Origin: Kiritimatiellia bacterium
GTDB taxonomy: Bacteria; Verrucomicrobiota; Kiritimatiellia; RFP12; JBMNHG01
Length of the DNA: 64,000 nucleotides
Direction: 5' to 3'
Assembly: GCA_050950285.1 (NCBI GenBank)
Contig: JBMNHG010000011.1
Span: 124,001-188,000, forward strand
Part shown: one piece after another, positions 48,136 through 61,147 of the stretch
Layout of the letters: each line of letters starts with the position of its first letter
Position numbering within the stretch: position 1 is the stretch's first letter
Made by a program: the position numbers and the translations under genes
Notes under the pieces: model-generated
Database searches by the model: none
What the model was told of the DNA's origin: nothing
The model's input: the letters and a program-made list of their open reading frames with translations, nothing else

Positions 48136-48213
48136 AGCCGATTTTCCCGCTGCCGCAGCCGTGGCTCGGGGGTCAGTCGCCGTAGCGTTCGTGGCTCATG
48201 TTCTCCTGCTGGT
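48136..48213. repeat. Mosaic direct repeat of 44947-44966, 46945-46983 and 47221-47237
   Basis: Collinear matches of 19/20, 39/39 and 17/17 bp read directly from the sequence. Confidence 0.8.
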
Positions 48214-48216
48214 TTT

Positions 48217-50129
48217 TCATGTTTCCTTCTCTCTTGAGTGTAAGTTGGCGGCGTTCCGAATTCGATGCAAGTCGAGCGCAGTCTTTTGAATCTGGTCTTT
48301 CCAGGCATTCAATCCAAACGCTTCGAGAACGGTTGTTTCAAATGTCTGGCGATCCGTGCGCATGACTTCGTCTTCGAAATCCATGACATCTCGGTTTTTC
48401 AGTGTTGAAAACGCGGTTAAAATTCGTGTGCGGTCTGATGGGGCGATACGGGCGGGGTCAAGCATCCAGAGGTTGTTGCGAAGCCGGGATGCGCTTAGAT
48501 CCAGTGCGCCAAGTCCTCTTCCAAAACCAATGGCCTCCAAATAAAGGCATCCGGTCAGGGAGCAAAGCAGGGCATGGCACAAATCAACGTCCGTTGTTGC
48601 GTTTGCAACAAGCCGCGTGAGCCGTTGGTTGGTGAAAGCGCGGGGGGTCAAGCGAATGAAGAACAACCGATTGCCTGGATTGATGGAGATGGCGAGATCG
48701 GCGACGGCATCAGGACGCATTTCATACCAGAGTTTGCCGGGTTGTTTCAGGACGGTGGAAAGGGGGCGTCCTTTTTCATTTACCGCTTGTTCGAATCTCT
48801 TTATCCAAGCCATTGCTCCGTGGTGGCCGAGATTCTGCAATTCGTCAATTGTGGCGGAACAACAGAACGCATGGGCGTCTGGCTTTGCATCGAGCCGCTT
48901 GACGGAGGCGGATGTCTTTAGCACGGGCTGGAGGTACTCGGGTTCTATCCCGCTTCCTTCGGGAGGGTAGAAAAGTGCATCCCAGCCTCTGCGCTCCCCG
49001 CGTGCGATGGTGAAATGGTCTTTTACGGGAACAAGTGCTTTTTCAAGGTCGTCAACGGCAAGTGAAACCAGCAGGCGAGCCAATGGGATCGGTGTGCAAA
49101 ATTGGCCGGCCAATTTGCGCTGGCTTGCTCTCGTGACGCTTTGCAAGGACTCTTGAAGCAAATCCTGGTCAATCGTCGGCAGATGAATCGTATTCAAAAA
49201 CCCGTTGAACGTTGTCAGCGTTTGCCAAGCCGCCTTTGGAATGATTTCCGCCCCTGGGCGCGTGCGGAAAACCTGGGCGTAGTCCCGCTTGCTTGAAAGG
49301 GTCGCGAAGAACTGTTCGGCATCCTGCAAGGAGCTCGTCCCCGTCAGTCTCTCGACGCCGATGGCTTCCTGGGCAAACCGCTTGAGGTAGTGGGCAAATA
49401 AAAATCGGTGGATCCAGTGCAACAACAGCTCGGATGCAAGCATCTGGAATCGCTCGGACGGCTTCAAGTCCACCTTGTCTCCGCAATGGGCGGCACGTGT
49501 TTCCATCCACCAGGAATCGACGCGTGCCCTCCACTGTCGGGACTGCTTGTATTTTGCGGCTGCGGCATCTGCAACCATTCCGACGGTTTGCGTGAGAACA
49601 GCGGAAACGACCTCGGCCAACTTTTCCGGCAAAGGCTTTTGCCTGGTGGAATCGACGCCGTTCAAATAAGCGCAAACTCCTTCGAGGATTTCGTGCAACA
49701 TCGAGCGCCATTCGCCTGCGCGCTCCCTGACATCCTCCCTTGACCTCAAGCTGTCGCAATGCCATGTCTTGACGATGTGGCAATGTGTTTCATCGCAATC
49801 GTAGAGTGCGGCTTCCGTGGCGTTCCAGAGCAAAAACGATTCAACCCAAGACGCAATGCCTTTTTCCTTGCGTTGTCAGTGAACGCTTCGTCCGTAATGG
49901 GCGTGTCTGGCATCTTGAGTTCCCAGCCTTGTAGGACGGCGGCGCGCTTCATGTCGCCAAAGAGCAAGACGTCGGGGAACAGCGTGTTCGCTTCGTCCTG
50001 GGCTGCAACGCCCCACTCTCCGCCTGCGGAACGGACGACGAGGGAACGAGTCGAAAGCCATTGGTTGATTTCACCGATGACATCGGTTGCCCATGCACGC
50101 TCATTGTAGGAGACCGAAGCTGGAGTCAT
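48217..50129 (-). pseudogene. Disrupted restriction-modification (type IIG-like nuclease-N6-methylase) gene: frameshift near 49835 and missing catalytic MTase core
   Basis: N-terminal FPDVLLF..GWELK (PD-(D/E)XK-like); GQFCTP followed almost at once by the TRD-like region; no SAM-binding GxG or NPPY motif seen. Confidence 0.6.
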
Positions 50130-51265
50130 GCCTCTTTCTCCTTGCTTGCCATTGGCTGCGAAGCTTTTTCCAGCCGTTCGCGGGCAACGCCCACGTAGTC
50201 TATTTGAATGCGTTTGAACAGATGGACGTCCTGGTTGCGTTCAATGCCCACATAGCGGCGTCCCTCCATTGCCGCCGCAACGAGAAAGCTGCCGCTTCCG
50301 AAGGCGTTGTCCAAAACAAGCGCACCGGGATCGGTGAAGGTTCGGACTAGATAACGTCCGAGTTCGACGGGTTTCTGTGTGGGGTGCCAGACTTCCCCTT
50401 CGCTTTCGGCGGTCTTGAAATAGACGACGTCGGTGGGGTACCGTTCGCCCGAACTGCGGACGCGCGCAGGCAGAAAGTCCCCGTAGCTGCCGGACAACTG
50501 GTTCTTCCTGATTCCCTTGTCGTAGGGTGCGCCCTGGGTCATTTGAGGGTTGTAGACAGGTTGCTTTGCGTAGAACACGCAGATGTCTTCGTGTTTCCGC
50601 AAGGGCTGTTTTTTTGCGTTGAGGAAATTCGTCGGCTTTGATTTTTCCCAAACGATTTTGTATTTGAACCAGGACTCGTTGCTCAGGATGAGCTTTGCCG
50701 TGAAAATGCCCTGGGAGGTCAAAACCACGACCCCTGCAGGCTTTAGAATGCGGCGGTACTGCTCCCAAAGCGGTTCCAGTGGAATGAGGCTGTCCCATTT
50801 GTTTTGCGTTGTCCCATAGGGAAGATCGCAAAGGATCATGTCAATGCTCTGGGCTGGAAAATAAGGGAGTATGGACAGGCAGTCTCCCTCGAAGAGCGTG
50901 TTTGTCAACTCCGATGCCGACAAGTTTTTTTTTGGCGTGTAACGCCGACCGTCGGTCGGATTGTAAACAGGGGCCTGAGGCGCAGTTTTCTTTGCATCTG
51001 GCGGCAGCGCGGCGTCCTGGGGCCAAAAAAGCATCTGCTCGGCGTGAAGGAGCCCGGGGCATTCCCGATGGGTCAGCAGTTTCATGCCGTTTTGCCGAAA
51101 CAGGTCGTGTGTTTGGGGCGACCCGACATCGGCCATTTCGCGCACGAGGCTGGCGGGCAGGATTTTTCCGGCATGGGCGGAGGCAAACGCCAGCAGCGAC
51201 TCCGCGCTGGGATAGGGCGGAGAGGAGATTGAAAGTTGTTTTTTGCTTTTTCCCTGGCTTGCCAT
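50126..51265 (-). CDS. Site-specific DNA methyltransferase (beta class, N4/N6) with N-terminal extension
   Basis: GDCL, ILCDLPYGTT (motif IV), HEDICVF, HPTQKP, VLDNAFGSGS (motif I); start uncertain. Confidence 0.85.
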   Translation of the reverse strand: MASQGKSKKQLSISSPPYPSAESLLAFASAHAGKILPASLVREMADVGSPQTHDLFRQNGMKLLTHRECPGLLHAEQMLFWPQDAALPPDAKKTAPQAPVYNPTDGRRYTPKKNLSASELTNTLFEGDCLSILPYFPAQSIDMILCDLPYGTTQNKWDSLIPLEPLWEQYRRILKPAGVVVLTSQGIFTAKLILSNESWFKYKIVWEKSKPTNFLNAKKQPLRKHEDICVFYAKQPVYNPQMTQGAPYDKGIRKNQLSGSYGDFLPARVRSSGERYPTDVVYFKTAESEGEVWHPTQKPVELGRYLVRTFTDPGALVLDNAFGSGSFLVAAAMEGRRYVGIERNQDVHLFKRIQIDYVGVARERLEKASQPMASKEKEA

Positions 51266-51508
51266 GTTGATCGCCAACTTAATCCTGCTCATAATCGAGA
51301 CTTCGATAAGGGCAATCATCATATTGGAATTTCTGCCGGGTGTCGAGCCTGTCGTGGCTGTCTGTCGTGGCACGTCGTTGCCTCACCGTTCCGGCGCCAT
51401 GAATTGTGAGGCAATGGTTCCGGTCGTCCGTGCGGAATTCGTTTGCTTCCCGCGTTTTCTTTGCGGACAATCGTTTTTTCCCATACGTCCGCTTTTCCGC
51501 CACGTCCT

Positions 51509-53770
<2,262 letters not shown>

Positions 53771-53778
53771 CCCGGCGC

Positions 53779-54654
53779 ATGACGACATCCCGCCCCAACG
53801 AATACGAACTGCTGGACAGCGGCGACGGCCGCAAGCTCGAGCGCTTTGGCGCCGTGACGCTCGCGCGCCCCTGCGCCCAGGCGGTGTGGGCGCCGCGCCG
53901 CCCCGGCCTTTGGCAGCGGGCCACGGCGTCTTTCGATCGCGAGAACGGCCTGAACTGGAGGGGGCGTCCGGCCCTCCCCGATCCCTGGATCGTGCCGATC
54001 AACGGCATCCGGATGAAACTCGCGGCCACCGACTTCGGCCACATCGGGGTCTTCCCCGAAACCCGCGCCCTGTGGGATCGCATCACCGCTTCGCTCTCCG
54101 CGGCCCGTGCCGCAGCAGGCGGCGGCCGCGCCCCCTCCCTGCTCAACCTCTTCGCCTACTCCGGCGGCGCCACGCTCGCGGCAGCCCGCGCCGGATGCGA
54201 GGCCTGCCACCTCGACGCCGCCCGCGGCATGGTGGATTGGGCCCGTGAAAACGCCGCCCTCAATGGACTCGGGAACGCGCCGATCCGATGGATCGTGGAC
54301 GACGTGCGGAAGTTCCTCGGCCGCGAAATCCGCCGCGGCCGCACCTACGACGCCGTCATCCTCGACCCGCCCTCCTTCGGCCGCGGCAAGCGCGGCGAAC
54401 TCTACAAGATCGAGCGCGACCTGCTCGACACCCTCCGCGAAGTGTCCGCAGTGCTTTCCGTCCGCCCTGTCTTCGTGCTTCTCACCTCCCACACGCCCGG
54501 CTTCTCCCCCGGCGTGCTCCAGAACCTCCTGCGGGAGACCCTCGGCCCCGGCACCCTCGAAGGCGGGGAGATGTTCCTCACAGGCGGCCCGGACGTCCTT
54601 CCCCTCCCCAACGGGAACTGGGCCGAATGGCGCCCGCGCCGAACCGCCCCATGA
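53779..54654 (+). CDS. Class I SAM-dependent methyltransferase (RlmI-related)
   Basis: [45 protein letters not shown]. Confidence 0.82.
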   Translation: MTTSRPNEYELLDSGDGRKLERFGAVTLARPCAQAVWAPRRPGLWQRATASFDRENGLNWRGRPALPDPWIVPINGIRMKLAATDFGHIGVFPETRALWDRITASLSAARAAAGGGRAPSLLNLFAYSGGATLAAARAGCEACHLDAARGMVDWARENAALNGLGNAPIRWIVDDVRKFLGREIRRGRTYDAVILDPPSFGRGKRGELYKIERDLLDTLREVSAVLSVRPVFVLLTSHTPGFSPGVLQNLLRETLGPGTLEGGEMFLTGGPDVLPLPNGNWAEWRPRRTAP

Positions 54655-55538
54655 GCCCCCCATCGCCCATCACACGGCATCCCGCGCCGCGCGGCACCCT
54701 CTGGACGAACGACTCCTCGTCCACCGCCGAGGCCGTCCGTCGCTATGTCCGATCGGAGGCCTGGCGCTCGCCGCCCGACGAAACCGCGATTCCCGCGCTG
54801 AACCGGAAATCGCGCCTCTGGCGCATCGATGTGCCCGGAGCCGGACGGTGCGTGCTGAAGGAATCCTTCGTGTCGCCCCGATACGGAGTCCTCCGCCGCC
54901 TGGAACTCGCCTTCAAACTGCGCTTCCTCCGGCGCGGCTTGCGCGCGATGCGCCTGGCCCTCGCCGCAACCGAAGCGGGCGTGCCCACCGTGACCCCCCT
55001 GGCCTTCTGGACGGACGTCCGGCAAGGCCCCCGAAACTGCTTCCTCTACTCCTATCTGGAAGGGGTGCCCCTGGCCTCCCTTTGGGAAAATGGCGAAGAA
55101 GGGGCGCCCATCCCCGAAACGCGCCCCGCCTACCTCGCGTACATGCGGAAGCTCGGCGGGCTCGTGGGACGGCTCCATGCGGCAGGCCTCACGCATATCG
55201 ACCTCGACCCCACCAACGTGCTCCTCCTCCCCGGCCCGTCCGCCGGAAGCTTCATTCCCGACGGCACCGGCGGCATCGCGCTGCTCGACGCGGACGCCTT
55301 CCGCCGCATCGCCGCACCCACGGCCCCCATGCGCTTCACCCTCGCCATGCGCTCCCTCTGCCGGATGCGCATCCGGACGAAAACACGCTACCCCGTCGAC
55401 GAACAGGTCTTCCGCGCCTTCGTGGACGGCCTCGCCAACGGCGACACCGCAACCGCCACCCGATACCAACGCGCCATCGACGGCTGGGCGCGCCACGGCC
55501 GCCACCCCTTCCTCCACTTCCTGGCGACCTGCCGGTAG
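54651..55538 (+). CDS. Lipopolysaccharide kinase-like (Kdo/WaaP/InaA family) protein
   Basis: [43 protein letters not shown] overlap with the upstream gene. Confidence 0.7.
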   Translation: MSPPSPITRHPAPRGTLWTNDSSSTAEAVRRYVRSEAWRSPPDETAIPALNRKSRLWRIDVPGAGRCVLKESFVSPRYGVLRRLELAFKLRFLRRGLRAMRLALAATEAGVPTVTPLAFWTDVRQGPRNCFLYSYLEGVPLASLWENGEEGAPIPETRPAYLAYMRKLGGLVGRLHAAGLTHIDLDPTNVLLLPGPSAGSFIPDGTGGIALLDADAFRRIAAPTAPMRFTLAMRSLCRMRIRTKTRYPVDEQVFRAFVDGLANGDTATATRYQRAIDGWARHGRHPFLHFLATCR

Positions 55539-55718
55539 GCACGCGATGGAACGCCATGGCTCCGGGTCGCGCCATCCCCTTCGCCGGAAACGAACGATCT
55601 CCCCGCACCCCGGCCCTGGCCTGGCACGAATCCGCGCTTGCGGAGGACGCGGATCTTGCGCTACAATACGCACCAAATCGCGCCCTTCGCGGCGCGCGTT
55701 CAGTAAGGATGATCCAAC

Positions 55719-55916
55719 ATGGCCGACGAAGACACCACCCAGGGAGAAAGCGTCCCCTTCATCGCGGACCGCCACCGCAACCCTGCCGAACTTGCGGTCC
55801 GCAAAGGCAACACCGGCGACATCTGGGCGGGCATCGTAGCGATTCTCGCCTTTGTGGTCGGCGTGGCCACCGTTCTCTGCCTGTACCTCGACTTCTCCGG
55901 ATTGACGGGCGTCTGA
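55719..55916 (+). CDS. Small single-pass membrane protein
   Basis: 65 aa, RBS TAAGGA, C-terminal hydrophobic helix. Confidence 0.6.
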   Translation: MADEDTTQGESVPFIADRHRNPAELAVRKGNTGDIWAGIVAILAFVVGVATVLCLYLDFSGLTGV

Positions 55917-55999
55917 TTCCCGGAAGATCCGTTCCGACAGGGCCGGCGCGCCGGGCACACAGTGCCGCCGGCGCTCCGGCCTTCCATGCTTCCCCTTTC

Positions 56000-56899
56000 A
56001 TGGACACCTCCCCGCCATCGGTGAACTACGCGGTTCGAGACCGCGATTTCAAATACTACATCTTCGACTGGGACGACAACATCCTCCACATGCCCACGCG
56101 CATCCACCTGGAGGCCCTCCAGCCGGACGGGACGTGGGCGCCCCACCAGGTCTCCACCTCGCTCTTCAGCGTGATCCGCACGGACACCGAGCACTACCGC
56201 CCCCCTGGCGGGGACTGGAAAGAGGCCTTCATCGAGTTCCGCACCGCGGGCGACCCCATCTTCCTGGAGGACACCCGCCGCGCGCTGCTGGAGGCGAAGC
56301 AGGACCCCGCCTCCGTCGGCCCCAGTTTCAAGACCTTCCGCCAGACCCTCGTGGAGGGGCGCATCTTCGCGATCGTCACCGCACGGGGCCATGCGCCGGA
56401 GACGATCCGCCAGGCCGTGATCGAGTTCATCGACATCGTCCTCACTCCCGAAGAACGCGCCGAGATGATGGCCAACCTGCGCGGCTATCGCGCCTGTTTC
56501 GACCATGTGTCGAAATTCGGCACCGACGAGCAGGAGCTCGACTACTACCTGGGCCTCAACCGGTACCATCCCGTGACCTCCCCGGACTTCGCCGAGAAGC
56601 TCAACAGCGGGCGCCCGCTCTACGGCAACGCCGAAGAGGGCAAGCGCGTGGCCATCCGCGACTTCGTGGAGCATGTGGTGCGCGTGGTCGGCCGCACCGC
56701 GCCCGGCGAACGCCGCCCCTTTTCGATCGGCTTCTCCGACGACGACCCCCGGAACGTCGCGGCCGTGCAGGCCTACATCGAGCGCGAGCTTTCCATCCAC
56801 TTCCCATCCATCAAATTCTGCGTGTACGACACCTCCGACGCGAGCCTTCCCAATGGGCGGAAGGTCGTGGTCTCCGGCCAGCTGGACTTCGGCTTCTAG
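56000..56899 (+). CDS. Uncharacterised HAD-superfamily protein
   Basis: Motif I FDWDDNI, motif II IVTARGH, Lys in EEGKR, motif IV GFSDDD..N. Confidence 0.7.
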   Translation: MDTSPPSVNYAVRDRDFKYYIFDWDDNILHMPTRIHLEALQPDGTWAPHQVSTSLFSVIRTDTEHYRPPGGDWKEAFIEFRTAGDPIFLEDTRRALLEAKQDPASVGPSFKTFRQTLVEGRIFAIVTARGHAPETIRQAVIEFIDIVLTPEERAEMMANLRGYRACFDHVSKFGTDEQELDYYLGLNRYHPVTSPDFAEKLNSGRPLYGNAEEGKRVAIRDFVEHVVRVVGRTAPGERRPFSIGFSDDDPRNVAAVQAYIERELSIHFPSIKFCVYDTSDASLPNGRKVVVSGQLDFGF

Positions 56900-56949
56900 C
56901 GCCTGCGGCGGCTCGTCTCTGTCGCGTCGTATCGCACCTTCTCCCGACC

Positions 56950-58179
56950 ATGCCCGCCATCTTCCCCTTTGAATCGTCCGCCCGCGAGGGCTCCCTCCTG
57001 CTCGTCGGCCTGGGCGGCTACGGCCGCACCTATGCGCGTGCGGCGCTTCCCTTCCTGGACTCCGGGGCGATGCGCGTCGCGGCGGTGGTCGATCCCTTCG
57101 CCGAGCGCGCGGAGGATTGGCCCGCCCTCGCGGAACGCGGCGTGCCGCGTTTCGACACGGTGGAAGAGGCGGTTGCCGCCGGAGCCAGGGCGGACCTCGC
57201 CACCGTCGCCACGCCCATCGCCCTCCATGCCGGTCCGGTGTGCGCCGCCCTCGAGGCGGGCATGCCGACGCTCTGCGAGAAGCCGATCGCCGGATCGGCC
57301 GACGACATCCGCCGCATGACGGAGGCCCGCGACCGCGCGAAGCGTTTCGTGGCCATCGGCTACCAGTGGTCGTTCACCCCCGCCGTGCAGGCCCTCAAGG
57401 CCGCGGTGTCCGCAGGCCGCCTCGGCGCGCCGCGCCGGCTCCGCGCCTGCGTGGTGTGGCCGCGGGACGCCGCCTACTACGCCCGCAACCGCTGGGCCGG
57501 CCGCATACGGGACGACGCCGGGCGCCTCGTCCTCGACAGCCCCGTGAACAACGCCGCCGCCCACTATCTCCACAACATGCTCTTCGTGATCGGCGGCGAG
57601 GCCGATCGCTCCGCAAAGCCGCTTTCCGTCGAAGCCGAACTCTACCGGGCGAACCCGATCGAGAACTTCGACGCCGCCTGCATGCGCATCGCCACCGACA
57701 TCGGGGCGGAGGTGGATTTCGTCGCCGTGCACTGCGCGGATGTCTCCTTCGGCCCCGCATCCGTGTTCGAGTTCGAGGAGGCGACGGTGACCTTCGAAGG
57801 CGCCGGATCGACCTTCCACGCCGTCTTCCGCGACGGTCGCGAAGAGGACTTCGGTTCCCCCGACGCGGGCGGCCACACGGGCAAATTGTGGAGCTGCCTC
57901 GCCGCCGCGCGTGCCGGCCGCTTCGAGGATCGCCCCCCTTGCGGGATCGAGACCGCCACCCCGCACGCGACCGTCGTCTCCGGCCTCGCGGAGATCCCCG
58001 TCGCCGACCTCCCGCGCCCCCTTCTCCGCAGCGCGCCCCTCGCGCCGGGCGCCGCCCCCACGACGTGGTGCGAGGGCATGGCCGACGCCGCCCGCGAAGC
58101 CTACCGCCACGGCGCGCTCTTCTCCGAACGCGGGACGCCCTGGGCGGCCACCCCCCGCGTCGTCCGCTTCGCCGGATAG
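56950..58179 (+). CDS. Gfo/Idh/MocA-family oxidoreductase
   Basis: [33 protein letters not shown]. Confidence 0.85.
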   Translation: MPAIFPFESSAREGSLLLVGLGGYGRTYARAALPFLDSGAMRVAAVVDPFAERAEDWPALAERGVPRFDTVEEAVAAGARADLATVATPIALHAGPVCAALEAGMPTLCEKPIAGSADDIRRMTEARDRAKRFVAIGYQWSFTPAVQALKAAVSAGRLGAPRRLRACVVWPRDAAYYARNRWAGRIRDDAGRLVLDSPVNNAAAHYLHNMLFVIGGEADRSAKPLSVEAELYRANPIENFDAACMRIATDIGAEVDFVAVHCADVSFGPASVFEFEEATVTFEGAGSTFHAVFRDGREEDFGSPDAGGHTGKLWSCLAAARAGRFEDRPPCGIETATPHATVVSGLAEIPVADLPRPLLRSAPLAPGAAPTTWCEGMADAAREAYRHGALFSERGTPWAATPRVVRFAG

Positions 58180-58217
58180 GTCCGTTTCCGCGCCACCGCG
58201 CTTCCGAGGTTCCGTCC

Positions 58218-58247
58218 TTGTCCAGGATGGACGTCGTATGGTATACT
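58218..58247 (+). promoter_or_regulatory. Putative promoter of the vor operon
   Basis: TTGTCC-18 bp-TATACT with extended -10 TGn. Confidence 0.45.
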
Positions 58248-58304
58248 CCCGCATTTGTCATTTTCATGGCGCCTTTCGCCTCTCTACGCCAAGGACACGA
58301 TCCC

Positions 58305-58550
58305 ATGTCTGAAGAAACCAAAACCGAACCGGGATGCGCCGCCCCGCATCCCATCATCGACACCGACGAGTGCAAGGGCTGTGGACGCTGCATAGCCGCC
58401 TGTCCCCGGCATGTGCTGGAGTTCACCGACACGCTGAACCGCCGCGGCGTCCGCGCCGCCTCCTACACCGGATCGGGATGCATCGGCTGCGCCATCTGCT
58501 TCTACAACTGCCCGGAACCGTACGCCATCCGCGTGCGACAGGCCAACTAG
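58305..58550 (+). CDS. 2[4Fe-4S] ferredoxin (delta subunit of 2-oxoacid:ferredoxin oxidoreductase)
   Basis: [12 protein letters not shown] and [13 protein letters not shown]. Confidence 0.88.
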   Translation: MSEETKTEPGCAAPHPIIDTDECKGCGRCIAACPRHVLEFTDTLNRRGVRAASYTGSGCIGCAICFYNCPEPYAIRVRQAN

Positions 58551-58563
58551 ACAAGGAGTCGCC

Positions 58564-59622
58564 ATGATCCAGTTCATCAAGGGCAACGAGGCCGTCGTCG
58601 TGGGCGCCGCCTACGCCGGCTGCAAGGCCTTCTTCGGCTATCCCATCACCCCCGCCAGCGAAATCGCCCATTTTGCCGCGAAATCCTTCCCTCCTCTGGG
58701 CCGCACCTTCCTCCAGGCCGAGTGCGAAACCGCCTCCATCAACATGCTCTACGGCGCGGGGGCCGCCGGCATCGCCGCGATGACCGCCACCTCCGGCCCC
58801 GGCTTCAGCCTGATGCAGGAGGGTCTCTCCTACATGGCCGGCGCGGAGCTCCCCGGCGTGGTGTGCGACGTCATGCGCGCCGGCCCCGGCCTCGGCAACA
58901 TCTTCCCCGAGCAGGGCGACTACAACCAGGTCGTCAAGGGCGGCGGCCACGGCAACTACAAGATGATCGTCCTCGCTCCCGGCAACGTGCAGGAGATGTG
59001 CGACATCACCATGCTCGCCTTCCGGCTCGCCTTCCAATGGCGCACGCCCGTGACCGTCATGGCCGACGCCATGCTCGGCCAGATGATGGAGCCGCTGCGC
59101 TATCCCTCCGAAGCCCCCGCGCTCCCCGACGTGACGTCCTGGGCGGTCCAAGGCGATGCCGCGACGCGCCAGAACCTCGTCACGTCGATCTTCCTCGACG
59201 CCGCGGCCCTCGGCCGGCACAACGTGCGCCTCCAGGAGAAGTACGCGCGGTGGCAGGGCGAGGCCCGCTCCGAGACCTATCTCCTCGACGATGCCGACAC
59301 GGTGCTCTGCGCCTACGGCGTCAGCGCCCGCATCGCCCGCACGGCGGTGGACGAGCTCCGCGCGCAGGGCCGCAAAGCCGGCCTCTTCCGCCCGATCACC
59401 CTCGAGCCCTTCCCCGTCCAGGCCGCGTGCCGGGCGGTCGCCGGACGCCGCGTGATTTCCGTCGAACTGAGCAACGGCCAGTTCCGCGACGACCTCTGCC
59501 TCCAGGTCGGCAAGGCCACCGGAACCGTTCCTCCGGTCGAGCTCGTCAACCGCATGGGCGGCGAGCTGATTGCCGTCCAGGACATCGTCGACGCCGTTGC
59601 CGCGGGTCCGGCCAAGGCCTGA
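58564..59622 (+). CDS. vorB: 2-oxoacid (ketoisovalerate):ferredoxin oxidoreductase alpha-type subunit
   Basis: [42 protein letters not shown]. Confidence 0.85.
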   Translation: MIQFIKGNEAVVVGAAYAGCKAFFGYPITPASEIAHFAAKSFPPLGRTFLQAECETASINMLYGAGAAGIAAMTATSGPGFSLMQEGLSYMAGAELPGVVCDVMRAGPGLGNIFPEQGDYNQVVKGGGHGNYKMIVLAPGNVQEMCDITMLAFRLAFQWRTPVTVMADAMLGQMMEPLRYPSEAPALPDVTSWAVQGDAATRQNLVTSIFLDAAALGRHNVRLQEKYARWQGEARSETYLLDDADTVLCAYGVSARIARTAVDELRAQGRKAGLFRPITLEPFPVQAACRAVAGRRVISVELSNGQFRDDLCLQVGKATGTVPPVELVNRMGGELIAVQDIVDAVAAGPAKA

Positions 59623-59660
59623 TCCTCCCCCTTTCACCCCCACGTTCGAGGCATTCTTCC

Positions 59661-61067
59661 ATGAGCATCAAGGAAGCAAAAGGTTTCTACCCCGTCTTCA
59701 CGCGCGGCGGCACCGAGACGCGCGCCACCCACTATTGCGCCGGATGCGGCCACGGCATCCTCCACAAGCTCGTCGCCGAGGCCCTCTCGGAGCTGGGCAT
59801 GCAGGACACCGCGGTGATCGTCAACCCGATCGGCTGCGCGGTCTTCGGCTACTACTACTGGGATGTCGGCAACGTCGGCGCAGCCCACGGCCGCGCGCCC
59901 GCCGTCGCCACCGCCCTCAACCGGCTGCTCCCCCGGTCGCAGGTGATCTCCTACCAGGGCGACGGCGACCTCTCCGCCATCGGCATGAACCATACGCTCC
60001 AGGCCGCCATCCGCGGCGAGCACATCGCCACCTTCTTCGTGAACAACTCGGTCTACGGCATGACGGGCGGCCAGATGGCCCCCACCACCCTCGTGGGCCA
60101 GAAGACCACCACCAGCCCGTACGGGCGCGATCCGGAGTCGACCGGCTACCCCATCCCCGTCTGCGAGCTCCTCGACCAGCTCCAGGCGCCCGTCTACATC
60201 GAGCGCGTCTCGCTGGCCGACACCAAGCGCATCATGGCCGCCAAGAAGGCCGTGCGCCACGCCCTCGAAATGCAGCGGGACGGCAAAGGCTACGCCTTCG
60301 TCGAATTTCTCTCCCCGTGCCCGACGAACCTCGGGCTCAACTCCATCGACGCCGCGAAGTTCTGCATCGAGCAGATGGAATCGGTCTTCCCCCTCGGCTG
60401 CCTGCGCGACCGTTCCGCGGAGGTCCAGCCCCGCGAACCCAAGCCCGCTCCCCCGTCGCTCGACGAGTACTTCGGCGTCATCCGGGAGGCCGAAGACCCG
60501 CTTCCCGCCGCCGACTTCCCGAAGCGGCAGATGAAATTCGCCGGCTTCGGCGGCCAGGGCATCCTCACGATGGGCATCAACATCGCCGAGGCCGCCCACA
60601 CCTGCGGCGCCCATTCCTCGTGGCTTCCCAGCTACGGCCCCGAACAGCGCGGCGGCACCGCCTCCTGCTCCGTGATCGTTTCGGACGAGCTGATCGGCTC
60701 CCCCACGGTCGAGAAGCCGGACGTGCTCGTTTGCCTGAACCAGCCCTCGTACGAGCGTTTCGCGAAGGACGTCCGCCCCGGCGGCGTGATCCTCGTGGAC
60801 CTCGAGAATCCCGACCCCGGCCTCGTCCCCGAAGGCGTGAGGCTCATCGCCTTCCCCGCCGCCCGGTTCGCCGGGGAGATGGGTGCGCCGAAGGCCGCCA
60901 ACACCGCCATGCTCGCCATCCTCGCCGCCACCGGCGCCTCCGGCGTTCCCGAGGACGCAATCCAGAAGGCGATCGAGTCCGCCCTCCGCAAGAAGCCGAA
61001 GCTGATCGACATCAACCGCAAGATCTACGCCGCCGCCCGCGCGTGGTACGACTCCCGCTGCCGATAA
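59661..61067 (+). CDS. vorA: 2-oxoacid:ferredoxin oxidoreductase fused beta-gamma subunit
   Basis: YCAGCGHG, YQGDGD..AIG, NNSVYGMTGGQ (TPP binding), then AGFGGQG and SYGPEQRGG (gamma domain). Confidence 0.85.
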   Translation: MSIKEAKGFYPVFTRGGTETRATHYCAGCGHGILHKLVAEALSELGMQDTAVIVNPIGCAVFGYYYWDVGNVGAAHGRAPAVATALNRLLPRSQVISYQGDGDLSAIGMNHTLQAAIRGEHIATFFVNNSVYGMTGGQMAPTTLVGQKTTTSPYGRDPESTGYPIPVCELLDQLQAPVYIERVSLADTKRIMAAKKAVRHALEMQRDGKGYAFVEFLSPCPTNLGLNSIDAAKFCIEQMESVFPLGCLRDRSAEVQPREPKPAPPSLDEYFGVIREAEDPLPAADFPKRQMKFAGFGGQGILTMGINIAEAAHTCGAHSSWLPSYGPEQRGGTASCSVIVSDELIGSPTVEKPDVLVCLNQPSYERFAKDVRPGGVILVDLENPDPGLVPEGVRLIAFPAARFAGEMGAPKAANTAMLAILAATGASGVPEDAIQKAIESALRKKPKLIDINRKIYAAARAWYDSRCR

Positions 61068-61147
61068 GGCCGACCGTTCCCCGCAATCGCCCCATGCGGC
61101 ATGGAATCGGCTTTCCCCGGAGCGTTTTCGAGGCTACAGTGGATGGC

